Program-made: the position numbers and the translations under genes | The notes under the pieces: generated by a model | What the model saw: the letters and a program-made list of their open reading frames with translations, nothing else | The model's database searches: none | What the model was told of the DNA's origin: nothing | From: a virus | Taxonomy: Duplodnaviria; Caudoviricetes | Length of the DNA stretch: 40,092 bases | Strand: one strand, 5' to 3' | Virus record (IMG/VR): IMGVR_UViG_3300044262_000062 | Span: 1 to 40,092 of that record | Shown here: positions 33,226 through 40,092 of the stretch, piece after piece | How the letters are laid out: each line of letters starts with the position of its first letter | How positions within the stretch are numbered: position 1 is the stretch's first letter

Positions 33226-33452
33226 GCCGCCCCCTGCCGCCGCAGCCGTTCCCGCTTGGCGATGGCCTCGGCTTCGTCGGCGGCCATTTTGTAGTGGCTG
33301 GCGTAGAGGCGGGCGTCTTCCGGCGATAGGTTGCGCGGCCCTGGGCAACTGTCGATCACCAACACCCGCGGCCCGACGTTCGGGAGGTAGTGCGGCGTGA
33401 AGACCACCAGATGGTTGCTGATCATCACGGGTTCGCGGGCGTGTTTGATCAT
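33222..33452 (-). CDS. Hypothetical protein
   Basis: ATGA-coupled on both sides. Confidence 0.6.
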   Translation of the reverse strand: MIKHAREPVMISNHLVVFTPHYLPNVGPRVLVIDSCPGPRNLSPEDARLYASHYKMAADEAEAIAKRERLRRQGAA

Positions 33453-33784
33453 TGTCCGCCGTCCTTCACAGTAGGGCCGCCGAAGACGATGACCACACGC
33501 TCATCCGGCTGCACGACTACGGGCTCCGGCAGCGCATGGTAAAAGCCGCCGACCCGCACACCGGTCAGCATGGCGATCCGTTTCAGGTTCGGCGCAATCG
33601 TGACGTCGCCTTCATACAGGATGAGAGCGAAGCGCTGCGCGCCTACGGCCTGTTTTTCTGTCGCTATCTGCACGCTCACCTTGCCGAGGGTTGCTTCGAT
33701 CCTATTTTCCAAAACAGAAACCCTTTCCTCCGTCGTCGGCTTGCGACGGCGCAGCCTCCGGGTGAACTCCAGCAGGCGGTTCAT
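33449..33784 (-). CDS. Hypothetical protein
   Basis: ATGA overlap at 33781-33784; MNRLLEFTRRL... Confidence 0.6.
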   Translation of the reverse strand: MNRLLEFTRRLRRRKPTTEERVSVLENRIEATLGKVSVQIATEKQAVGAQRFALILYEGDVTIAPNLKRIAMLTGVRVGGFYHALPEPVVVQPDERVVIVFGGPTVKDGGQ

Positions 33785-33975
33785 ATCTGCCCCGCCGCTT
33801 CGATGCGCCGCGCCAGCGCCCGCACGTCGCTCGACTTGAGCGAGAACTGCGAGGCGGCCGAGCGATGGAACCGGGCCTCGCGTTCGTGCCAGGCGGCGTC
33901 TTTCAGCAGCTGGTCGGCCCAGCGGTTGAGGCGCCAGGCGCGGAAGCGGTTGAGGAGGGTGCGTGCGGTTTTCAT
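33781..33975 (-). CDS. Hypothetical basic protein
   Basis: GGAGG SD; ATGA overlap with MTase stop; MKTARTLLNRFRAW... Confidence 0.6.
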   Translation of the reverse strand: MKTARTLLNRFRAWRLNRWADQLLKDAAWHEREARFHRSAASQFSLKSSDVRALARRIEAAGQI

Positions 33976-35513
33976 GCGAGTTTGAAGCCTCCCTCTTGCT
34001 GTTCGGCATCGAAATTCGCGGCGACGATGGCCGCGGCGACCGGCGGACAGACGGAATTGCCGCACATGCGCACCTGGGCCGATTTGGTGAGCGGCTTGCC
34101 GTTCACTTGCGGGTTGATGACGTAGCGATCGGGGAAGCCCTGCGCCCGGTAGAGCTCGCGCGGCTCGAGCATGCGCATGCCGATGTCGGTGAGGACATAG
34201 GACTTGCCGTCGATCGTGGTGGTAACGAGCTGCAGGCGGTCTTTGGTGGTGATGGTGGGCGCCGGCTCGCGCAGGTCGCGGCCCGTGGTGCCGGAGCCCT
34301 GGCCGTAATACGGTGCCATGAGCGCGGCCACCAGTGAGGCGTGGTTGCCGCCGGCGCAGACGGTGGGCGCCGGCTGATCGAGGGCGCGCATGCGACGGTC
34401 GGCGCCCTTGAGGTTGAGCAGGTGGCCGGTAACCAGCGCCTGCGTGCAGCCTTTGCCGACGATGGTGGATACCGGCTTGCGGGCATCGTGGCCGACGAGG
34501 CCGGTGTTGTGCTGGGCCATGAAGGCGGCCACCAGGCTTGCGCCGTTGGCCGTGGCGGTGACGGTGGGCATCGGTTGCTCTACCGAGCGGGTGCGCGGAT
34601 CCTGGCCGTTGCGTTCGCCGTGGCGCGGGATGAAGTACGGCAGGGCCAGCGCCAAGTGGCCGCCCTTCGGATTCGCCGTTACGGTTCGCAGAGGTTCGTC
34701 GATTGAATGCACCGGGCTGCTACCGTTGTAGTGCGCGATCGGCACGATGAATGGCGACGCGGCCTCCAGCACGAACCGCCGAATGCCGCGCGCGATGCGC
34801 TTGAGCGTGGCCTCGGCCAGCGGGCGCTTGCGCTCGAAAATGGATGGGCACGGCAGCGACCAATCGATGCACTCGGCGGCGGTGCGGTATGGGAGCAGGC
34901 CGTGGCCGTGCGTCGGCTCCGGCCAGCGGATCGGCCGGCCATCGCAGCGGGCGATGATGAACAGGCGCTTGCGGATGGTCGGCGCGCCGTAGTCGCAGGC
35001 GCGCAGTTCGCGCAGGTCCACTTCGTAGCCAAGGTTTTGCAGCTGCTTGAGCCAACGCCGGAAGGTGAAGCCCTTGCGCAGCGGGCAGGGGCGGCCGTCC
35101 TCGAGCAGCGGTCCCCAATCGGCGAACTCCTCGACGTTTTCAAGGCAGATGACCCTCGGGCGCACGGCCCGGGCCCAGCGGATGACGATCCAGGCGAGGC
35201 CGCGGATTTTCTTCTCCACCGGCTTGCCGCCCTTGGCCTTTGAGAAATGCTTGCAGTCCGGCGAGAACCAGGCCAGCCCAACCGGGCGGCCGGCGGCGGC
35301 TTCAACCGGGTCCACCTTCCACACGTCCTCGCAGTAATGGCGCGTGCCGGGATGGTTGGCGGTATGCATGGCCACGGCCTCCGGGTCGTGGTTCACGGCG
35401 ATGTCGACACTGCGGCCGAGCGCCTGCTCGATGCCGAGCGAGGCGCCGCCACCGCCAGCGAAGTTGTCCACGATGATTTCATCCGGACGCAAATCAATGT
35501 TGGCGATCTCCAC
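33972..35513 (-). CDS. DNA cytosine-C5 methyltransferase (no cognate nuclease seen)
   Basis: GGAGG SD + GTG 35513; motif I DNFAGGGG, IV SPDCKHFS, VI ENVEEF, VIII PTIRKRLF, IX-X RELYRAQGFP...GNSVCPP. Confidence 0.92.
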   Translation of the reverse strand: MEIANIDLRPDEIIVDNFAGGGGASLGIEQALGRSVDIAVNHDPEAVAMHTANHPGTRHYCEDVWKVDPVEAAAGRPVGLAWFSPDCKHFSKAKGGKPVEKKIRGLAWIVIRWARAVRPRVICLENVEEFADWGPLLEDGRPCPLRKGFTFRRWLKQLQNLGYEVDLRELRACDYGAPTIRKRLFIIARCDGRPIRWPEPTHGHGLLPYRTAAECIDWSLPCPSIFERKRPLAEATLKRIARGIRRFVLEAASPFIVPIAHYNGSSPVHSIDEPLRTVTANPKGGHLALALPYFIPRHGERNGQDPRTRSVEQPMPTVTATANGASLVAAFMAQHNTGLVGHDARKPVSTIVGKGCTQALVTGHLLNLKGADRRMRALDQPAPTVCAGGNHASLVAALMAPYYGQGSGTTGRDLREPAPTITTKDRLQLVTTTIDGKSYVLTDIGMRMLEPRELYRAQGFPDRYVINPQVNGKPLTKSAQVRMCGNSVCPPVAAAIVAANFDAEQQEGGFKLA

Positions 35514-35515
35514 GG

Positions 35516-35773
35516 TTAGCGCCTCCACCGCCGCGCGATGCGCGGGTGTGCCCACATGGCCACCACGATGCCGGCCGGGCCGCCGGCGAGGGTGGCGGCG
35601 ATTTCGGTCCAGGTGGCCATGGGGGCGAGGCGCCACAGGAAGATCTGCGAGGCGCCGATCATGGTGCTGGTGAACACCGCCGCGACGTAGTGCCGGCCGG
35701 CCACGTTCTGCTGCTGGAAGCCGAGCGCGAAGACGGTGACGAAGGCGGCGGTGAAGAGCATGAGTTCGTTCAT
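35516..35773 (-). CDS. Small multi-TM membrane protein
   Basis: Three hydrophobic segments; FALGFQQQNV. Confidence 0.7.
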   Translation of the reverse strand: MNELMLFTAAFVTVFALGFQQQNVAGRHYVAAVFTSTMIGASQIFLWRLAPMATWTEIAATLAGGPAGIVVAMWAHPRIARRWRR

Positions 35774-35936
35774 AGGTTTTCTCTGTTTCCAGCGGGACCG
35801 GTGTTTGCGCTGGCAGGACCCATTTCCTGCCAGCGACTTCCACGGTCACTTGGATAGCGCTGTCCCGACGGCGGGCGGGGTTGGGCGTCCTTGCCGCTAG
35901 CGCCGTTGCGCTTTTCATGGGTATTGGTGAACTCTT

Positions 35937-36239
35937 TCACGGCCTATCCTCCACCGGGCGCACCACGCCATACTGCTGTAGGGCATGCTTGCTGAGTTCG
36001 TAAACGGCGTTGACCGCCTGCCACTGGGCATCGTTGCGGGCGCGTAGCACCTGGTGGTCGGGTTCGCTCAGCCAGTCTTGTGCCCACAGGTGGATGCGCC
36101 GCACTTCTCCGGCAGAGCAGTCCTCGAGCACCTCAAGGACCGCCCGTATCCGGTGCGCACCCGTGCGGTATTCGAGCAGCAGCTCGGCGATCGCGCGCGG
36201 GGTTCGCGCTTCGATGGCGGCGCGGAGCATGGTGTTCAT
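35937..36239 (-). CDS. Hypothetical protein
   Basis: GGAGGT SD; ATGA overlap. Confidence 0.65.
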   Translation of the reverse strand: MNTMLRAAIEARTPRAIAELLLEYRTGAHRIRAVLEVLEDCSAGEVRRIHLWAQDWLSEPDHQVLRARNDAQWQAVNAVYELSKHALQQYGVVRPVEDRP

Positions 36240-36661
36240 GCCGCACCTCCAGACTTCGGGCGTTGATGGTGCAGGTACTTGGCTACCCTTTTTCGCTTTT
36301 CGTCAGCCCTTGCATAGATTTGATCACGGCGAAGATCTCCGGCCTCAAACATCAGGCGCACCGCGCACAATCCATCGCCGAGCTCGCGCTCCAACCATCG
36401 GCGGTTAGTTTCTCCACCGTTAGGGTGCGTACTCTCGTAGCCATGCCGCAGAATTTTGCCGATTGCCTGAATGGCCTCAGCGAGTTCTTCGGTAAGCAGT
36501 GCGAGGCGTTCGCCTTCGGCTGGCGTGAGTTTATTGACTCGACGCTCATCGATAATCCGATCGATCAGCGTTGGGTCTTCGCAATCGGGCGCTAAGCACC
36601 TCAGGTTCCCGCCTTCTACGATGACGATGGACTGCAAGCCACATGACGGGCAATGTGTCAT
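36236..36661 (-). CDS. MazG-like nucleotide pyrophosphohydrolase with N-terminal Cys motif
   Basis: CPSC...C..C; LTEELAEAIQAIGKILRHG...LERELGD (EExxE...ExxD). Confidence 0.75.
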   Translation of the reverse strand: MTHCPSCGLQSIVIVEGGNLRCLAPDCEDPTLIDRIIDERRVNKLTPAEGERLALLTEELAEAIQAIGKILRHGYESTHPNGGETNRRWLERELGDGLCAVRLMFEAGDLRRDQIYARADEKRKRVAKYLHHQRPKSGGAA

Positions 36662-37158
36662 GTTGCACCTCCCGCGCAGTCATCCCCCAGCGCCTGATAA
36701 AGCGCCACATCAATGCACCCACCGCCCCGGGTCGCCCGCCGCGCGCGGCACAGGGCGTAGTGGTAGTCCTCCGGTGCGCGGTGGTCGCGGACCCAGCGCT
36801 CGCGCAGCACGGCGGCCACCACCTTGAAGCGGACGGCCTTGAGGTAGGCGACCTCGAAGAGCAGCGGACGAATGCGCCCGACACCCACGGCTTCGACCAT
36901 CGCCCGGCGCAGCACGATGGCCGAGGCCTCTACGGCGTCGGCGAAGGTGCCGTTTTCATCGAGTGCGCGGCCGGCCTCGGCGATGGCGAGCGAGACGGTG
37001 ACGATCGGCAGGCTCGCGTAGTCCTCGATGATGGTGCGCGTGATGGCCTCGCGGATGATTTCGCGGCCACGCTCCATGCGCGCGTCGTGGTCCGGCAGCA
37101 CGCGCCGGGCGCGGTAGTCGGAAAGCTGGACGATGGCGCCCACGATCAAGTCGTCCAT
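36658..37158 (-). CDS. Hypothetical protein
   Basis: MDDLIVGAIVQLSDYRARR...; ATGA overlap with downstream gene. Confidence 0.6.
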   Translation of the reverse strand: MDDLIVGAIVQLSDYRARRVLPDHDARMERGREIIREAITRTIIEDYASLPIVTVSLAIAEAGRALDENGTFADAVEASAIVLRRAMVEAVGVGRIRPLLFEVAYLKAVRFKVVAAVLRERWVRDHRAPEDYHYALCRARRATRGGGCIDVALYQALGDDCAGGAT

Positions 37159-37295
37159 TCGGGTTGCGGCGCCGTCTCGGCGTGCTTCATGGCCTCGGCC
37201 TGCTCGGCCTCCCGGATCAGCTGCTCGGCATACTCCGGCGTGCATTCGCCACGGCGGGCGGATTCGCGCAGGTGGGCTTTGTCGGAGAGGTTCAT
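37146..37295 (-). CDS. Small hypothetical protein (49 aa)
   Basis: GGAGG SD; MNLSDKAHLRESARRGEC... Confidence 0.55.
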   Translation of the reverse strand: MNLSDKAHLRESARRGECTPEYAEQLIREAEQAEAMKHAETAPQPEWTT

Positions 37296-37441
37296 GGTGT
37301 GGCCTCCGTGGGTTTGGGTTCGAGGTTCGGCGCCGGGTGGTGGCAAAGGAAGTCTTGAATGCTCGAGCATGTCGCCGCCGACGGGTTCACCCTCACGAGC
37401 GACCCGAAGCGGTGGCCGGTGATGTTTGCTGGGGTGCGCAT
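37292..37441 (-). CDS. First PL-operon ORF (49 aa)
   Basis: GGAG SD; MRTPANITGHRFGS...; ATGA overlap with next gene. Confidence 0.5.
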   Translation of the reverse strand: MRTPANITGHRFGSLVRVNPSAATCSSIQDFLCHHPAPNLEPKPTEATP

Positions 37442-37485
37442 GGTTTGTTCTCCGGTGTCTGGGAAAACGACTTGGCGTTTCTGAA

Positions 37486-37525
37486 TGTTTAATATACTCA
37501 ATCTTAATTGTCAAGTAGATTAAAC
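37486..37525 (-). promoter_or_regulatory. PL promoter with two 16-bp operators (37487-37502, 37510-37525)
   Basis: Minus-strand TTGACA-17 bp-TAAACA; GTTTAATATACTCAAT and GTCAAGTAGATTAAAC resemble the OR sites. Confidence 0.8.
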
Positions 37526-37534
37526 ATCACAGGC

Positions 37535-37561
37535 AAAAAAAAGACCGCCAGACTGGCGGCC
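37535..37561 (-). terminator. Intrinsic terminator ending the cI operon
   Basis: Minus strand GGCCGCCA-GTC-TGGCGGTC + T8. Confidence 0.85.
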
Positions 37562-37584
37562 CTGAATCGATACGGTGCGCGTGA

Positions 37585-38076
37585 CTACATCGGCATTGCC
37601 GTAACAATTCTGCAACTGGCTGTTTTGGCTTGATTATTCACGATCCCCATATTGATCTCGTTGACTGAAATCCGGCCTTTGGCACGCAATGGCTGATAGA
37701 TCACGGTTTGCGTGTCGCCCACGGAGGTGCCGCTGGCGGCATAAAGGCTGCAACGGATTAACGGGTCTTTCAGGTTTGTGTCTGTCGGGTTTTGGATGCG
37801 AACTCGGTGAAGAAGCATGACATTGCCGAATCCGCCCAGGCTCCACTTGTAATCGAACTTCAATTGGCGCACGGGATCCGGTTTGGCCGGCGTCGTAGAC
37901 GTTGGCGTCTCTGGACGGTCGACCATGATGACGCTCAAAAACAGAAATGCGAAAACCGCGCCGACCGTCCACGTGAGCCAGGACGTCTCTTTCTTTATCG
38001 GCGCCCCGCATTTTGGACAAGCGGCGGCGTCGGTACTCACGGTGTTACCGCAATCCTTGCATGTCGTCGTGCTCAT
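37585..38076 (-). CDS. Zinc-ribbon single-TM protein co-transcribed with cI (exclusion/defence candidate)
   Basis: CKDC...CPKCG, TM WLTWTVGAVFAFLFLSVIMV, beta-rich C-terminal domain; ATGA overlap with cI. Confidence 0.75.
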   Translation of the reverse strand: MSTTTCKDCGNTVSTDAAACPKCGAPIKKETSWLTWTVGAVFAFLFLSVIMVDRPETPTSTTPAKPDPVRQLKFDYKWSLGGFGNVMLLHRVRIQNPTDTNLKDPLIRCSLYAASGTSVGDTQTVIYQPLRAKGRISVNEINMGIVNNQAKTASCRIVTAMPM

Positions 38077-38450
38077 GATGTTTTCCGCGTTGGTGGTTTG
38101 AGTTTCGATAGGGCCTCAATGATTGTAATCGCGCGCTCTCGATCGTCATCATCCAAGGAACGAAAGCTGCGGAGCAGGCGAACTTCATCGTGATTGAACG
38201 TGCCATAGATCGACTCTGGTTCGCCCACACCGAGAGGTATTGATTTGTGTTCGCCAGTTGCAAGCCAGTGGGCATCGACGCCCAAGGCCCGCGCCGCGCG
38301 CGTTAAATTATCCCCTTCAATCGTTTTTGTCGCACCGCTCACCCATAGCGAGACCGTCGCGCGGCTGACGCCTGCATGTTTCGCGAGATCGATCTGCTTC
38401 ATGTGCGCTTTTTCAAGCGCCTCGATGATGCGGGACCGAAGGTCACTCAT
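38073..38450 (-). CDS. cI: CI-like repressor (XRE HTH, 125 aa, no S24 peptidase domain)
   Basis: MKQIDLAKHAGVSRATVSLWVSG...ARALGVDAHWLATGE; divergent from cro. Confidence 0.88.
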   Translation of the reverse strand: MSDLRSRIIEALEKAHMKQIDLAKHAGVSRATVSLWVSGATKTIEGDNLTRAARALGVDAHWLATGEHKSIPLGVGEPESIYGTFNHDEVRLLRSFRSLDDDDRERAITIIEALSKLKPPTRKTS

Positions 38451-38520
38451 GTTTAGAAATCTAAACGCATTTGTGTTTAAGAAGATTGACAAATGTTGTT
38501 GAGTGCGTTAAACATCCGCC
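38451..38520. promoter_or_regulatory. OR region: three 16-bp operators with PR and PRM
   Basis: GTTTAGAAATCTAAAC 38451-38466, GTTTAAGAAGATTGAC 38475-38490, GTTGAGTGCGTTAAAC 38498-38513; PR TTGACA(38486)-17 bp-TAAACA(38509). Confidence 0.82.
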
Positions 38521-38721
38521 ATGACGAAGAACGAAGCGATTCGGCTGTTCGGCACGACGAGCACAGACCTTGCCCGTGCCATGGGGTTGTCGCGCAGTCG
38601 AATTTCGCAATGGGACGACACGCTGACGCAGGAACAGACCGACCGCGTTATCGGCGCCGCCGTGCGCCTCGGCAAACTGCCGGCGACCCCGTGCTGCGAT
38701 CGCGAGCGGGGTGCGGCATGA
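38521..38721 (+). CDS. cro: Cro-like repressor
   Basis: MTKNEAIRLFGTTSTDLARAMGLSRSRISQW. Confidence 0.9.
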   Translation: MTKNEAIRLFGTTSTDLARAMGLSRSRISQWDDTLTQEQTDRVIGAAVRLGKLPATPCCDRERGAA

Positions 38722-38762
38722 GTTCGCCCATGGTGTTCCAGCCTCTCCTCCCTGAGGCCTTG

Positions 38763-38793
38763 TGGGCCGCCCCTTGTGGGCGGCCCATTTTTT
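38763..38793 (+). terminator. Intrinsic terminator after cro
   Basis: TGGGCCGCCC-CTTGT-GGGCGGCCCA + T6. Confidence 0.8.
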
Positions 38794-38819
38794 CCGGGAG
38801 GGCCGGGTGATGCGCGACA

Positions 38820-39146
38820 TCACTGCGGGCGAGACTTCTCTGGCCGCTTTGCGAGCAAAGTGGTTATCAGAGTTTGAAGGGATGGATCGTTCGCTGCGAG
38901 GTGCGCCGCCTTTTGGGCTACGAGCACCAGCGCTGGATGCAGCAGGCGGTCCCGCCATTCGTTCGGGCCGTGCATCGTTCTTGCCGCCTCCTGGCCGCTG
39001 TAAAGATGCTTCAGGGTGGTGCCGGGCTGTTGCGTGGCTTCGGCGATGGTGCCGGCCATGATGGCGATGGCATCGGTGAGCGCGGAAACGAGCGCTTCCA
39101 GTTCGTGCAACAACTGCTCGTGCGTCAGTTGCGATGTGGCTGTCAT
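38820..39146 (-). CDS. Hypothetical helical protein antisense to PR operon
   Basis: AAGGA SD; amphipathic helical composition. Confidence 0.6.
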   Translation of the reverse strand: MTATSQLTHEQLLHELEALVSALTDAIAIMAGTIAEATQQPGTTLKHLYSGQEAARTMHGPNEWRDRLLHPALVLVAQKAAHLAANDPSLQTLITTLLAKRPEKSRPQ

Positions 39147-39219
39147 CGGGGATCCTTGTATGGTTCAGGTTTGTTCGTGGATGGGCGGATGAGCGTCGTC
39201 GCCTGGTTTCGGCGCCTGT

Positions 39220-39459
39220 TCAGTGCGGGTCGGGATGCTCGTCCCGTTGCGGTAGATACAGTGCATTTGCTAGTGCGCTGGTCAAGGTGGCGGCGGCATC
39301 GCGCCCTTCGTTCGCCATGCCCGCTGCCGTCAGCAGGAGGTCCGCCGAAATCCGGTCAACCTGGTCCGGCGGCATCTGGGACGCCATCGCCATGACGAAT
39401 GCGCCGAGCGCGTCGAACAGGTCGTCGTTCGTCCAGTCGGGCGGGAGATCGTTACGCAT
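39220..39459 (-). CDS. Hypothetical helical protein antisense to PR operon
   Basis: AGGAGG SD; MRNDLPPDWTNDDLFDALGAFV... Confidence 0.6.
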   Translation of the reverse strand: MRNDLPPDWTNDDLFDALGAFVMAMASQMPPDQVDRISADLLLTAAGMANEGRDAAATLTSALANALYLPQRDEHPDPH

Positions 39460-39656
39460 AGAGGGGCCTCCTGGGGCTCAGGCTGTGGTTTGGGGAAATC
39501 CAGCTTATCACCGGGTGGCTCCTCCTCTTTTGCTGGGCCCACTTTCCACCGTTTAGCGTTCGGAGGCACGGCGATGATGAGCAGGCGGTTCGGTTTGTGC
39601 TCAACCCCGTTCGGTTGCGCGCGGTTGCGCGCGGTTTCGGGCGGAAAGGGGGGCTT

Positions 39657-39947
39657 GTGTCGCGCGTGAGCAACCTGATTCACCGGCAGAAGTCGGAGCT
39701 TGACCTGACGAACGACAAGATCGCCGAGCGCATGCGCGGCGACGGCATCCAAGTGACGGGGGATGCGGTGCAGAAGTACTTCGGCTCGAGCTCCGGCATT
39801 CCGCTCGACAGCCTGGGCGGTTTTCTCAAGGCGCTGGGGCTCAAGGTGGTGCCGCGCGACGCGCCGGACGTGAGCGCCGAGGAATTCAAGGCGCTCAAGA
39901 TGTTTGCCGGCAAGTACCTGACCGCGGGCGAGGACGAACGCGAATGA
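39657..39947 (+). CDS. CII-like HTH transcriptional regulator
   Basis: GTG start after G-rich SD; NDKIAERM...DAVQKYF HTH; FLKALGLKVVP; position after cro. Confidence 0.6.
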   Translation: MSRVSNLIHRQKSELDLTNDKIAERMRGDGIQVTGDAVQKYFGSSSGIPLDSLGGFLKALGLKVVPRDAPDVSAEEFKALKMFAGKYLTAGEDERE

Positions 39948-40092
39948 CGCGGGAGACCGAACGCGAACCGCCGAAAACGCGCGCACCGGAACGGCCGGTG
40001 CTGCGCTACCACGGCGGCAAGTGGAAGCTGGCGCCGTGGGTGATCGGGTTCTTTCCGTCGCATCGCATTTATGTCGAGCCGTTTGGTGGGGG
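39944..40092 (+). CDS. N-terminus of the DNA adenine methyltransferase (continues at window start)
   Basis: ATGA overlap; RPVLRYHGGKWKLAPWVIGFFPSHRIYVEPFGG (motifs X and I). Confidence 0.92.
   Translation, partial: MTRETEREPPKTRAPERPVLRYHGGKWKLAPWVIGFFPSHRIYVEPFGG

Noticed and set aside
35155-35180. WARAVRP in the C5-MTase as a third VR
   Set aside because: Only a short GC-rich resemblance to the RAVR end; no upstream TR homology and it lies in the catalytic core.
35514-35918. 648-aa version of the C5-MTase from the ORF track
   Set aside because: The extension overlaps a credible membrane-protein gene (35516-35773); a GGAGG SD + GTG at 35513 sits just before motif I.

Overview
An essentially complete ~40 kb GC-rich temperate siphovirus genome of lambdoid layout, in circular (attP-intact) form and opened inside a DNA adenine methyltransferase gene, whose N-terminus is at the window end and remainder at the window start. 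A Gram-negative host, probably a beta/gammaproteobacterium, is inferred from the spanins, sigma70 promoters and the FtsZ-tail peptide. The + strand carries replication genes (primase-helicase and a 265-bp palindromic origin candidate), a Q-like regulator with pR'/tR', HNH-terminase-portal-protease-HK97 capsid, non-contractile tail and lysis genes. The - strand carries an outer-membrane moron, a large serine integrase and the long early (PL) operon, followed by a cI/cro switch. Highlights: (1) a complete diversity-generating retroelement (RT, avd, TR) that diversifies two tandem, small, apparently cytoplasmic DUF1566/CLec-like proteins in the early operon rather than the tail fibre, with in-register AT-rich octamer arrays after both VRs instead of a GC hairpin; (2) a 67-aa CsrA-like protein ending in the FtsZ C-terminal peptide LDIPAFLRKQAD; (3) attP, matching the 3' end of initiator tRNA-Met, inside the integrase coding sequence, so integration should rewrite the integrase C-terminus. 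All family assignments come from motif recognition by eye, not database searches.
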